From NCBI GenBank assembly GCA_964389315.1, contig CAYMDJ010000002.1, positions 1 through 59,633 on the forward strand: a stretch of 59,633 nt of DNA. Reading direction: 5' to 3'. The stretch's first letter is position 1. Every line of letters begins with the position of its first letter. The position numbers and the translations under genes were made by a program. Shown piece by piece: positions 28,766 through 35,686 of this stretch. A model generated the notes under the pieces. It did not search any database. It saw nothing but the letters and a program-made list of their open reading frames with translations, and had not been told where the DNA came from. The stretch comes from an uncultured archaeon. GTDB lineage: Archaea; Aenigmatarchaeota; Aenigmatarchaeia; QMZP01.

Positions 28766-29008
28766 TGAGCAACAATCAAATTATTCTAAAAAGCTCAACC
28801 AAGAAACGAACCCTTTTACTGCTCATTGCTTCGCCAGGCAACTGCGGCGAATGATGGTTGGTGACAAAAGCGTTCACGGAAAAAACAGGTGTAAATTCTA
28901 CGTGTTTGGCTTAAGCCTTTGTGGAAGCGAGTGTCTGCTTCCCGCATTGGTTATGTATTGAAAGAGCGGGCACTTTAGATCCGGTAAAGGCTTATTTGCG
29001 TGTTGCTC

Positions 29009-29059
29009 CTCGGCTTGCGACTAAAACAACATGGCAAGCGGTAGCGTCTGTAAGCTGAG
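29009..29059 (+). repeat. hairpin-repeat copy 1
   Basis: CTCGGCTTGCGAC-...-GTAGCGTCTGTAAGCTGAG forms a 10-bp stem with two G:U-type pairs. An internal GCAAGC (29034-29039) offers an alternative partner for GCTTGC. Confidence 0.55.
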
Positions 29060-29096
29060 AAGTAGCCTATTTATCCTCAAAGGTCTTCTGGTTGCT

Positions 29097-29149
29097 TATC
29101 AGCTTGCGACTGGACCAATGGGGCAGGCGGCAGCGTCTGTAAGCTGATA
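29097..29149 (+). repeat. hairpin-repeat copy 2
   Basis: TATCAGCTTGCGAC-...-GCAGCGTCTGTAAGCTGATA forms an 11-bp stem. The outer base pairs differ from copies 1 and 3 but stay complementary. It ends at the TATA-like box of the minD-like gene. Confidence 0.55.
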
Positions 29150-29195
29150 TTTATAAAGCTAAAGCCTGAATATAGAGTATCTGGGCCTGAAGGTG
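29147..29195 (+). promoter_or_regulatory. TATA-like box (ATATTTATAAAG, 29147-29158) and SD (AGGTG, 29191-29195) of the minD-like gene
   Basis: An AT-rich box lies ~43 nt upstream and a purine-rich GGTG motif lies 5 nt upstream of ATG 29201. Confidence 0.45.
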
Positions 29196-29200
29196 TGGAA

Positions 29201-29974
29201 ATGACCAGGATAATAGGCATAGTTTCAGGGAAGGGTGGGGTTGGAAAGACTACCGTGGCTATCAATCTGGCAACTTCCCTTGCGAAGAAATACAAGAAGG
29301 ACGTCATAATAGTTGACGGCAACGTGACGACCTCCCACCTCGGCCTTTACCTGGGGATGTACTATTATCCCATATCACTCAACCACGTCCTCTCCGGAGA
29401 CGTAGTGATAGACAAGGCCATGTATGACTACAGCATTCCCGGGGTGAGGATAATACCCGCCTCCTTATCGCTGGATGACCTCAAGGGAATGGACGTTTCT
29501 GACATGAAGAAGCATGTCAAGGAGCTGTTCGGCAAGGCTGATTTTGTCATACTCGATGGCGCGCCGGGATTCGGAAGGGAGGCAATGGCAACCATCCGCG
29601 CCTCCGATGAGATACTCTTCGTTATGACGCCCTTCGTCCCTCCCCTGATGGACGTCATAAAGTGCTACCAGGTCGCGGAGGAGCTCGGTGTCAGGTCCCT
29701 GGGCGTCGTCCTGAACATGACCGGGGAAGGGAGGCACGAGCTCGGAAAGCAGGAGGTAGAGCAATTGATAGAGCTTCCCGTGATATCAATGATACCGAGG
29801 GACAAGGAGGTCCTCAGGAGCCTCTCTGCAAAGCTTCCTGTCACGGACCTCAACCCCAATACCAAATCGAGCAGGGAGATTGACAGGCTTGCAGCATACA
29901 TAGCAGGTGAATACTACACCCCGCCGGGAATAGCTTCAAGGCTCTCCGGTTTGTTCAGAAGGTCAAAGGCCTGA
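29201..29974 (+). CDS. minD: MinD/ParA-family P-loop ATPase (archaeal MinD-like)
   Basis: Deviant Walker A SGKGGVGKTT, Walker B FVILDGAPG, and a C-terminal basic amphipathic tail (IASRLSGLFRRSKA) like a MinD membrane-targeting helix. AGGTG at 29191-29195 lies 5 nt before ATG 29201. GTG 29195 is the alternative start. Confidence 0.9.
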   Translation: MTRIIGIVSGKGGVGKTTVAINLATSLAKKYKKDVIIVDGNVTTSHLGLYLGMYYYPISLNHVLSGDVVIDKAMYDYSIPGVRIIPASLSLDDLKGMDVSDMKKHVKELFGKADFVILDGAPGFGREAMATIRASDEILFVMTPFVPPLMDVIKCYQVAEELGVRSLGVVLNMTGEGRHELGKQEVEQLIELPVISMIPRDKEVLRSLSAKLPVTDLNPNTKSSREIDRLAAYIAGEYYTPPGIASRLSGLFRRSKA

Positions 29975-30015
29975 TATCATTAGCAGAATGGATTTCAATA
30001 GTTTTCTGGTTGCTC

Positions 30016-30053
30016 CTCGGCTTGCATAAGGCGGAAGCCTATCGTAAGCCGAG
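30016..30053 (+). repeat. hairpin-repeat copy 3 (short form with GGAA-capped inner stem)
   Basis: CTCGGCTTGC-ATA-AGGC-GGAA-GCCT-ATC-GTAAGCCGAG. It shares the 5' flank TTCTGGTTGCT with copy 2. Confidence 0.55.
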
Positions 30054-30123
30054 AATAGTTTCTTATATCACGAAAACCATATTAATTAATAGTCGCTGTA
30101 ATGGAAATGTAGTGCTGGTTGGC

Positions 30124-30660
30124 ATGACGGGGAATATAGACTCCACTATAAAGAAGAATTCGATTTCCGTAATCGTGATGCCGAACACTGCCTATAACGA
30201 GACGCTGAAGGATATAGTTAGCGCTGCGCTGGATAAGCACGGTTCGCTTTGTTACATATCGCTGAACAAGCCCTATAACAGCGTGATGACATATCTGAAG
30301 AACAATGGTGTTGATTCTGGGAACATAATATTCATAGACGCCGTGACAAAGGAGACGGGATCCGATTCAGAGCAGGTGATATACGTTTCCTCGCCGACAG
30401 CGCTAACAGAGATTAACATAACCATGAACAAGATTCTCGAGGCAGGGGGGATAAAGGTCGTTCTCATAGATTCCATATCAACGCTGCTGCTCTACACCGA
30501 GGAATCGGTCGTCCTGAAGTTCGTGCATTCGATCGTCTCAAAGATGAGGAGTGACAAGAATGACTGCATAATGGCTGCAATCGAGGACGAATCAACCAGG
30601 GAACTTATAGATGACATGTCAATGTTCGTTGACGAGATTCTGGAACTCGGGAAGAAGTGA
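30124..30660 (+). CDS. KaiC/RecA-fold-like protein lacking a Walker A P-loop (paralog of 39733-40341)
   Basis: ORF 30010-30660. Its 5' part overlaps hairpin copy 3, so ATG 30124 (or GTG 30112), downstream of ATATTAATTAATA, is preferred. It has the beta-strand/helix pattern and the hhhhDSIS motif (VVLIDSISTLL) of KaiC-like proteins but no GxxGxGK[ST]. It aligns by eye with the 202-aa protein along its whole length. Confidence 0.6.
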   Translation: MTGNIDSTIKKNSISVIVMPNTAYNETLKDIVSAALDKHGSLCYISLNKPYNSVMTYLKNNGVDSGNIIFIDAVTKETGSDSEQVIYVSSPTALTEINITMNKILEAGGIKVVLIDSISTLLLYTEESVVLKFVHSIVSKMRSDKNDCIMAAIEDESTRELIDDMSMFVDEILELGKK

Positions 30661-30722
30661 GTCTCGTTTGGGAGATGATTGGTGGCAGGGAGAAGTCATG
30701 GTGTTGATATGGGGGATAGGGA

Positions 30723-33700
30723 ATGAACGTTTACACTATTTTGCCGCTGATTGCCTTTTTTTCAAATCTTGCGCTTGCCTTTTACATCCTTTACAGGAAT
30801 CCCAGGGGTGAACTGAACAGGCTATACAGCACCGTGATGTTTTCTTTTGCTGCATGGTCCATTGGAGAGTTTCTGTCTTTCGCCTCTGGAACGCCAGAGA
30901 TGGCGGTTCGCATTGACATGGTGAAATGGACGGGCGCTATTATCATGTCCGTCACGTTGCTCCATTTCTTCCTGGTTTTCACGAAGAGCAGGGTTGCCAG
31001 CAAGAAAAGGAACTTTGTTCTCATCTATCTTCCTTATGCCCTTTTCCAACACATCGTTCTGTTCATGCCGCAGCTTGTTACAGAATCCGCAGAGGCGGCA
31101 TACTGGGGATACAATTTCGTGCGCGGGGACCTTTACCCGGCACTCATATCGTTTGTGCTAATTTATGCGGTAACGAGCATCCTCCTTTGCTACAGGTTCT
31201 ACAGGAAATCTCAGGGAAGGGAACGGGCCCAGGCAAAGCTCCTCATCATTGCGGTGTGCATTCCTCTAATAAGCGGAATAGCAACGGAGGTGATTGGTCC
31301 GCTCATTGACTTTCCTGTACTGCCTCTAACAGTTCCCATGTCACCAGTCGCTGGGGCAATAGTGGCATACGCAATAATCAGGCACGGGCTCATGTCACCC
31401 ATTAGTTTCAGCATCCGCAGGAAGACTGCCACGGTCTTTTTGCTGTTCATCATAGCGTTTTTTGCTGTCACGTTTTCACTGGAAAGCCTTTTCGCGACAA
31501 GCACTGTTGATGCTCAGGCCAAGGACCATCTGGAAACTATAACGCAAATCAAGACTAACTGGATTAATTCTTATCTGAGTGATAGGGAGAGCGACATCAA
31601 ACTCCTTGCATCATCGTCTTCGGTCAGCCAGGCTTTCAACAGGAAACTCGATGCAGAGGTTGAGCTTGCGAAGGGCAGCATGAAGCAGAAAGCGCTGGAG
31701 GTCGCTGCCCAAATCGATGAATATATCAGCAGCCACCCCGGGATGACGCTAAGTGAACTACAGAACGACCCCACCTTTCAGGAGATTGCGGTCCAGCAGG
31801 TCGGAGAGACCGGATACACTGCATTAATTGATTATGATACGCTGACATGCAGGTTCCATAAGAACCCTGACCTCGTTGACGTTGATTTGCATGCCTTTGC
31901 TGACAGCCTTCCGGGATTCTGGTCGGTAATGTCACGGATAGAGGGAGGCAGGGAGGCAGAGGGTTTCTATGACTGGGAAGAGTCTGACGGCGGCATGAAG
32001 GAGAAATACATGTATATCGCGATTGTCGGAACGAGAACCGGTGATGGTGTGGGGCTTAGCGCCGCAGCAACTACCTATCTTGATGAATACGAATCCACGA
32101 TGAAGCTGGCAAAGGAATATGAGGACTATTTCATGGATTTCATGGAGAACTATGATTATCATGACATGTTCCTGGTAGGTGCGGATAGTGAGGTCTGGTG
32201 GGCAGCAAGGGAAAAGAGCATTATTGGAAAAGACCTGTATAAGGAACCTTATAACAATACGGCGCTGGCCCGGGCATACAGGAAATCCGGAAATGAGGGC
32301 AGGGCATTCTATGGCTATGATATAAATGAAACGGGAGATGCATCTTTCTTCGTTTCTGTCCCGGTCTATAGTGAAGGCAGGCTCGCGGGAATAATCGTCC
32401 TGCAGACAGGCACGGAAGATATTGACAGAATCATGGAAGACAGGACAGGCCTCGGGGAGACAGGCGAAAGCTATCTCGTGGGGCCGGATTACCTCATGAT
32501 ATCAGACTCGAGATTCTTTGAGGAAAGCACCATACTCAGGCTGAGGGTTGAGACTGATAACGCGAGGAACTGCTTCCTGCATGAAATCCTGACCGTGGAG
32601 GAAATCGGTGAAAGGCATCGCGAGATGAAAATAACGGAGAATTACATGGGAGAGAGCGTCCTAGGGACGTATGACTACATCCCTGAGATGGATTCGTGCC
32701 TCCTGGTTGAGATCAGCGAAGCTGAGGTGTTCGCACCAATAAGCGAAATGCAGCAATGGTTGTTGGTTTATCTCATCATAATCGTGGTTCTTGGGGTTTT
32801 GGTTTCCTTCTTTGTGTCCGAGTCTATAACAAGGCCCATCATCCGGCTAAGGGACGCCGTCGTTGAAATCGGAAAGGGAAAGCTTAACACAAAGATAGTG
32901 GTCGGGTCCGGGGATGAGATAGGTGAGCTTGCATCAGCATTCAGGAAGATGACCATAAACCTGAGGGATTCGCGCAGGGAGATAGAGAAGCGTGCCGAAG
33001 AGCTTGAAAATAACGTCCAGGAGAGGACAAAGCAGCTGGACATGAGGGTAAGGGAACTTACAGACACGAAGACTGCCGTCCTCAACATGATGGAGGACGT
33101 TGACAGGACAAACATGGAGCTTATGGATGCCCAGAAGCAGCTAAAAAAGAGCCTGGCAGAACTGGAAGAGGTTGATGTGAAGAAGAATCAGTTCATCTCC
33201 ATAGCCGCGCATGAGCTGAAGACTCCTCTTACGTCGATACATGGATTCTCGCAGCTCCTCCTGAACAAGAAGGTTGCAGAAAACGTTAAGATGAGAGACA
33301 ACTACCTGAAGATAATGGACCACGAAACCAGGAGGCTCTCAGACCTCGTTGATGACATTCTTGACTTGTCCAGGATAGACATGGGAACCATGAAATTCAA
33401 CCTGGAGACTGTTGACATTAACGAGCTGCTTGAAAGCATCAGGCAGGAGGCAAATGTCATGATAAAGAAAAAGGGTCTGAAACCCGAATATGAGATAGAG
33501 AAGAAACTGCCCAAGGTCAGGGCAGACTCCGAGAAGCTGACCCAGATACTGATAAACCTGATAAACAATGCAGTCAAATACACCCCAGAGGGAAGCGTGA
33601 CCCTGGGAGCCTCAAAGGAGGGCCAGAACATACATTTCTTTGTAAAGGATACTGGCATAGGAATACCGAAAAACAAGCATAAAAAGATATTCGAGAGGTT

Positions 33701-33968
33701 CTACCAGATTGACTCTTCATACACGAGGAGCGCGGGCGGGACCGGGCTGGGCCTTGCACTGTGCAAGGAATTCATTACCATGCTGGGCGGCGAGATGTGG
33801 GTGAAGAGCGAACCGAAAAGGGGAAGCGAGTTCCATGTCATAATGCCAATCAAGGCGGTCCTGAAAAAAGATGCCAAGGATAGGGCAAAGGAGAGCATAA
33901 TGAGGGCCGAGGGGATTGTGACAGTTGCGGACAATTCTACTTCGAGACGGCCCACTCAATCCTCCTGA
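30723..33968 (+). CDS. sensor histidine kinase (multi-TM N-terminal module, Cache-like extracytoplasmic domain, HAMP, HisKA, HATPase_c)
   Basis: 7-8 N-terminal hydrophobic helices are followed by a ~380-aa extracytoplasmic region with Cache-like segments (GETGYTALIDYD..., GETGESYLVGPDYLMISDSRF). Next come a TM, HAMP (RPIIRLRDAVVEIGKGKLNT...DEIGELASAFRKM) and the H-box FISIAAHELKTPLTSI. The N, G1 and G2 boxes are present (NLINNAVKYT, DTGIGI, GGTGLGLAL). Confidence 0.9.
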   Translation: MNVYTILPLIAFFSNLALAFYILYRNPRGELNRLYSTVMFSFAAWSIGEFLSFASGTPEMAVRIDMVKWTGAIIMSVTLLHFFLVFTKSRVASKKRNFVLIYLPYALFQHIVLFMPQLVTESAEAAYWGYNFVRGDLYPALISFVLIYAVTSILLCYRFYRKSQGRERAQAKLLIIAVCIPLISGIATEVIGPLIDFPVLPLTVPMSPVAGAIVAYAIIRHGLMSPISFSIRRKTATVFLLFIIAFFAVTFSLESLFATSTVDAQAKDHLETITQIKTNWINSYLSDRESDIKLLASSSSVSQAFNRKLDAEVELAKGSMKQKALEVAAQIDEYISSHPGMTLSELQNDPTFQEIAVQQVGETGYTALIDYDTLTCRFHKNPDLVDVDLHAFADSLPGFWSVMSRIEGGREAEGFYDWEESDGGMKEKYMYIAIVGTRTGDGVGLSAAATTYLDEYESTMKLAKEYEDYFMDFMENYDYHDMFLVGADSEVWWAAREKSIIGKDLYKEPYNNTALARAYRKSGNEGRAFYGYDINETGDASFFVSVPVYSEGRLAGIIVLQTGTEDIDRIMEDRTGLGETGESYLVGPDYLMISDSRFFEESTILRLRVETDNARNCFLHEILTVEEIGERHREMKITENYMGESVLGTYDYIPEMDSCLLVEISEAEVFAPISEMQQWLLVYLIIIVVLGVLVSFFVSESITRPIIRLRDAVVEIGKGKLNTKIVVGSGDEIGELASAFRKMTINLRDSRREIEKRAEELENNVQERTKQLDMRVRELTDTKTAVLNMMEDVDRTNMELMDAQKQLKKSLAELEEVDVKKNQFISIAAHELKTPLTSIHGFSQLLLNKKVAENVKMRDNYLKIMDHETRRLSDLVDDILDLSRIDMGTMKFNLETVDINELLESIRQEANVMIKKKGLKPEYEIEKKLPKVRADSEKLTQILINLINNAVKYTPEGSVTLGASKEGQNIHFFVKDTGIGIPKNKHKKIFERFYQIDSSYTRSAGGTGLGLALCKEFITMLGGEMWVKSEPKRGSEFHVIMPIKAVLKKDAKDRAKESIMRAEGIVTVADNSTSRRPTQSS

Positions 33969-34347
33969 CGAGGTCCTGATTGTCAAAGGGTTTTGTGATG
34001 TAGTCAGAAATCATCAGTTTCTTGAGAATCCTGTAATTAATCTCCTTTGATTTGAGGATGGTAATGAAGACTATCTTCATTTTCCTGGTCTTGGAATTTT
34101 CCCTTATCTTCCTCGCAACGTCAGTTCCTTTCATCCCGGGCATCATTATGTCAAGGACGAGGAGGTCCGGCTTCTCCTTCTCCAGCATGTCCAGGGCCTC
34201 CCTTCCATTGGTTGCAGTGACTATATCAAAACCCCTTGAAACGAGCAAATCCCTTATCAGAACTAACAGATTCTCTTCATCATCGACGACCATTATCTTT
34301 TTCTTCTTGGGCATGTCATATCCCGGGTGCGGATACAGTGATGTCAT
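33937..34347 (-). CDS. stand-alone response-regulator receiver (CheY-like)
   Basis: KIMVVDDEE...DLLVLDIMMPGMKG...YITKPF, with no output domain. The ATG at 34345-34347 overlaps the upstream receiver stop (ATGA). The alternative ATG at 34312-34314 (MPKKKKIMVVDD) would give 125 aa. The 3' end overlaps the convergent kinase gene by 32 bp. Confidence 0.85.
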   Translation of the reverse strand: MTSLYPHPGYDMPKKKKIMVVDDEENLLVLIRDLLVSRGFDIVTATNGREALDMLEKEKPDLLVLDIMMPGMKGTDVARKIRENSKTRKMKIVFITILKSKEINYRILKKLMISDYITKPFDNQDLVRRIEWAVSK

Positions 34348-34715
34348 CCGATAATCTTCCTGATTCTGTTCAGCAGGTCAGCATTATCAAAAGGCTTCGT
34401 GATGTAGTCTGAAACCCCCATCTTCTTCAGGGTATCCTTTCCTGATTCAGAGAACTTCGCAACCGTGAGGAAGGCTACCTTGAGGTCCTTTGTTTCCGGG
34501 TTTGCCCTTATCTTCTCGCATACCTCCCTTCCGCTCATCCCGGGCATCATCATATCAAGAAGAACAAGGTCTGGCTTGGTTTTCTTCAGCTTCTCTAGGG
34601 CCTCCCTGCCGTTGCTGACCGCTATGACGTTATAGCCCTCGGCCCCAAGGATTGCCTTTATCAGCTCGAGGAGTGAAGACTCGTCATCCACTGCCATTAT
34701 GGTCTTTGACATCAT
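34344..34715 (-). CDS. stand-alone response-regulator receiver (CheY-like)
   Basis: TIMAVDDESS...DLVLLDMMMPGMSG...YITKPF, 123 aa, no output domain. A TATA-like TTTAAATAAA (minus sense, 34731-34741) lies just upstream. Confidence 0.9.
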   Translation of the reverse strand: MMSKTIMAVDDESSLLELIKAILGAEGYNVIAVSNGREALEKLKKTKPDLVLLDMMMPGMSGREVCEKIRANPETKDLKVAFLTVAKFSESGKDTLKKMGVSDYITKPFDNADLLNRIRKIIG

Positions 34716-34749
34716 TATATTTTGTTTATGTTTTATTTAAATCCGACAA

Positions 34750-34780
34750 GGCGTCCGTTTTGCGGCGTCTGTTTTATAAA
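34750..34780 (+). promoter_or_regulatory. direct repeat GGCGTCYGTTTT x2 overlapping the TATA-like box TTTTATAAA of the KaiC-like/LamG operon
   Basis: GGCGTCCGTTTT (34750-34761) and GGCGTCTGTTTT (34764-34775) are separated by 2 nt. The second runs into TTTTATAAA (34772-34780). Confidence 0.4.
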
Positions 34781-34822
34781 CCGGTTCTCCAATATATTAA
34801 TTACTATAGTAGTGGTGGTTCT

Positions 34823-35674
34823 TTGGCAAAGGCTAGAAAGATAGACATCTCCAAGATAAAGAAGGCTGTCAAGAAGGAATTCGCAGAAAAAGGAAGCAAG
34901 ACAGAGTTCGTGACCAAGGTCGGGAGGGAATACATAAAGACCGGCATAAAAGGATTCGATGCGCTCTTTGAGATAGGGATACCCAGAGGCTCGACCGTGC
35001 TGGTTGCAGGAGGGCCCGGTTCGGGGAAGACGACGCTCTGCCTTCACATGATAATAAATGCTGCAAGGGCGGGCAGGAAATGCCTTTATATGTCATTCGA
35101 GGAGTCAGAGGAGAGGCTCTTCCAGCACATGGAGGACTTCGGCTGGGTCCCAAAGGCAGTGGACAAGAAGAATCTCCTTATCAGGAGGTTCAGCTCTTTT
35201 GACATAGCGAAGGCCATAGATGCGATGCTGGCCAAGCAGAAAGGCGAGCTCATGATAGATTTTGACCCCGTAATTCTTCCAAAGGGTTTCGTCCCGGACT
35301 TCGTGATAGTGGATTCCGTTAGCTCTATATCGTCCAACTTCATCGGCAGGGAGGAGAGCTACAGGTCATACATAGAGCACCTCTTCAGGTTCTTCGAGGA
35401 GAAGGGCTCAACCACCTTCATGATATCAGAGACCGACCAGAACACGGTCTCCTACAGCAGGACGGGTGTTGAGGAGTTCCTCGCGGACGGTGTCGTCGCA
35501 CTATACAACATAAGGAGGGGTGACGTCAGGGAGATGGCCCTTGAGGTGATAAAGATGAGAGGAACCAAGCACAAGAAGAAGCTCGTTGCAACAAAGGTCG
35601 TTGGCGGCGTGGGAATAGAGGTGTATCCGGAACAGGAAGTGTTCGGTGCGACAGAGGCGAGGCAGATAGGTTAG
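34823..35674 (+). CDS. KaiC-like single-domain RecA-superfamily ATPase
   Basis: IKTGIKGFDALFEIGIPRGSTVLVAGGPGSGKTTL (Walker A), CLYMSFEES, Walker B FVIVDSVSS and KMRGTKH. The ORF track starts at TTG 34652, inside the opposite receiver gene. I prefer TTG 34823, which is preceded by GGTGGT and a TATA-like box at 34772-34780. The start remains uncertain. Confidence 0.8.
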   Translation: MAKARKIDISKIKKAVKKEFAEKGSKTEFVTKVGREYIKTGIKGFDALFEIGIPRGSTVLVAGGPGSGKTTLCLHMIINAARAGRKCLYMSFEESEERLFQHMEDFGWVPKAVDKKNLLIRRFSSFDIAKAIDAMLAKQKGELMIDFDPVILPKGFVPDFVIVDSVSSISSNFIGREESYRSYIEHLFRFFEEKGSTTFMISETDQNTVSYSRTGVEEFLADGVVALYNIRRGDVREMALEVIKMRGTKHKKKLVATKVVGGVGIEVYPEQEVFGATEARQIG

Positions 35675-35686
35675 CCTCAAATTATT

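Noticed and set aside
28737-28961. A 74-aa TTG-initiated ORF in the long non-coding region
   Set aside because: It has a non-ATG start without RBS or TATA context, and its product is Cys/Gln-rich and featureless. It overlaps hairpin-forming sequence. The region is more likely non-coding, though a small protein cannot be excluded.
28715-30053. The hairpin repeats as a CRISPR array, tRNA, SRP RNA, RNase P RNA or C/D-box sRNAs
   Set aside because: There are only four copies, with irregular spacing (about 240, 40 and 870 nt) and variable length, and no cas genes, so it is not a CRISPR array. There is no GTTCRANYC T-loop or cloverleaf, so it is not a tRNA. GAAAGAGCGGGC (28961-28972) and ACAG...GGCTTA (28885-28912) resemble RNase P CR-I/CR-V only loosely and are in the wrong order. 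There is no RUGAUGA/CUGA box pairing at hairpin ends. The GGAA-capped stem in copy 3 lacks the SRP helix-8 internal loops.
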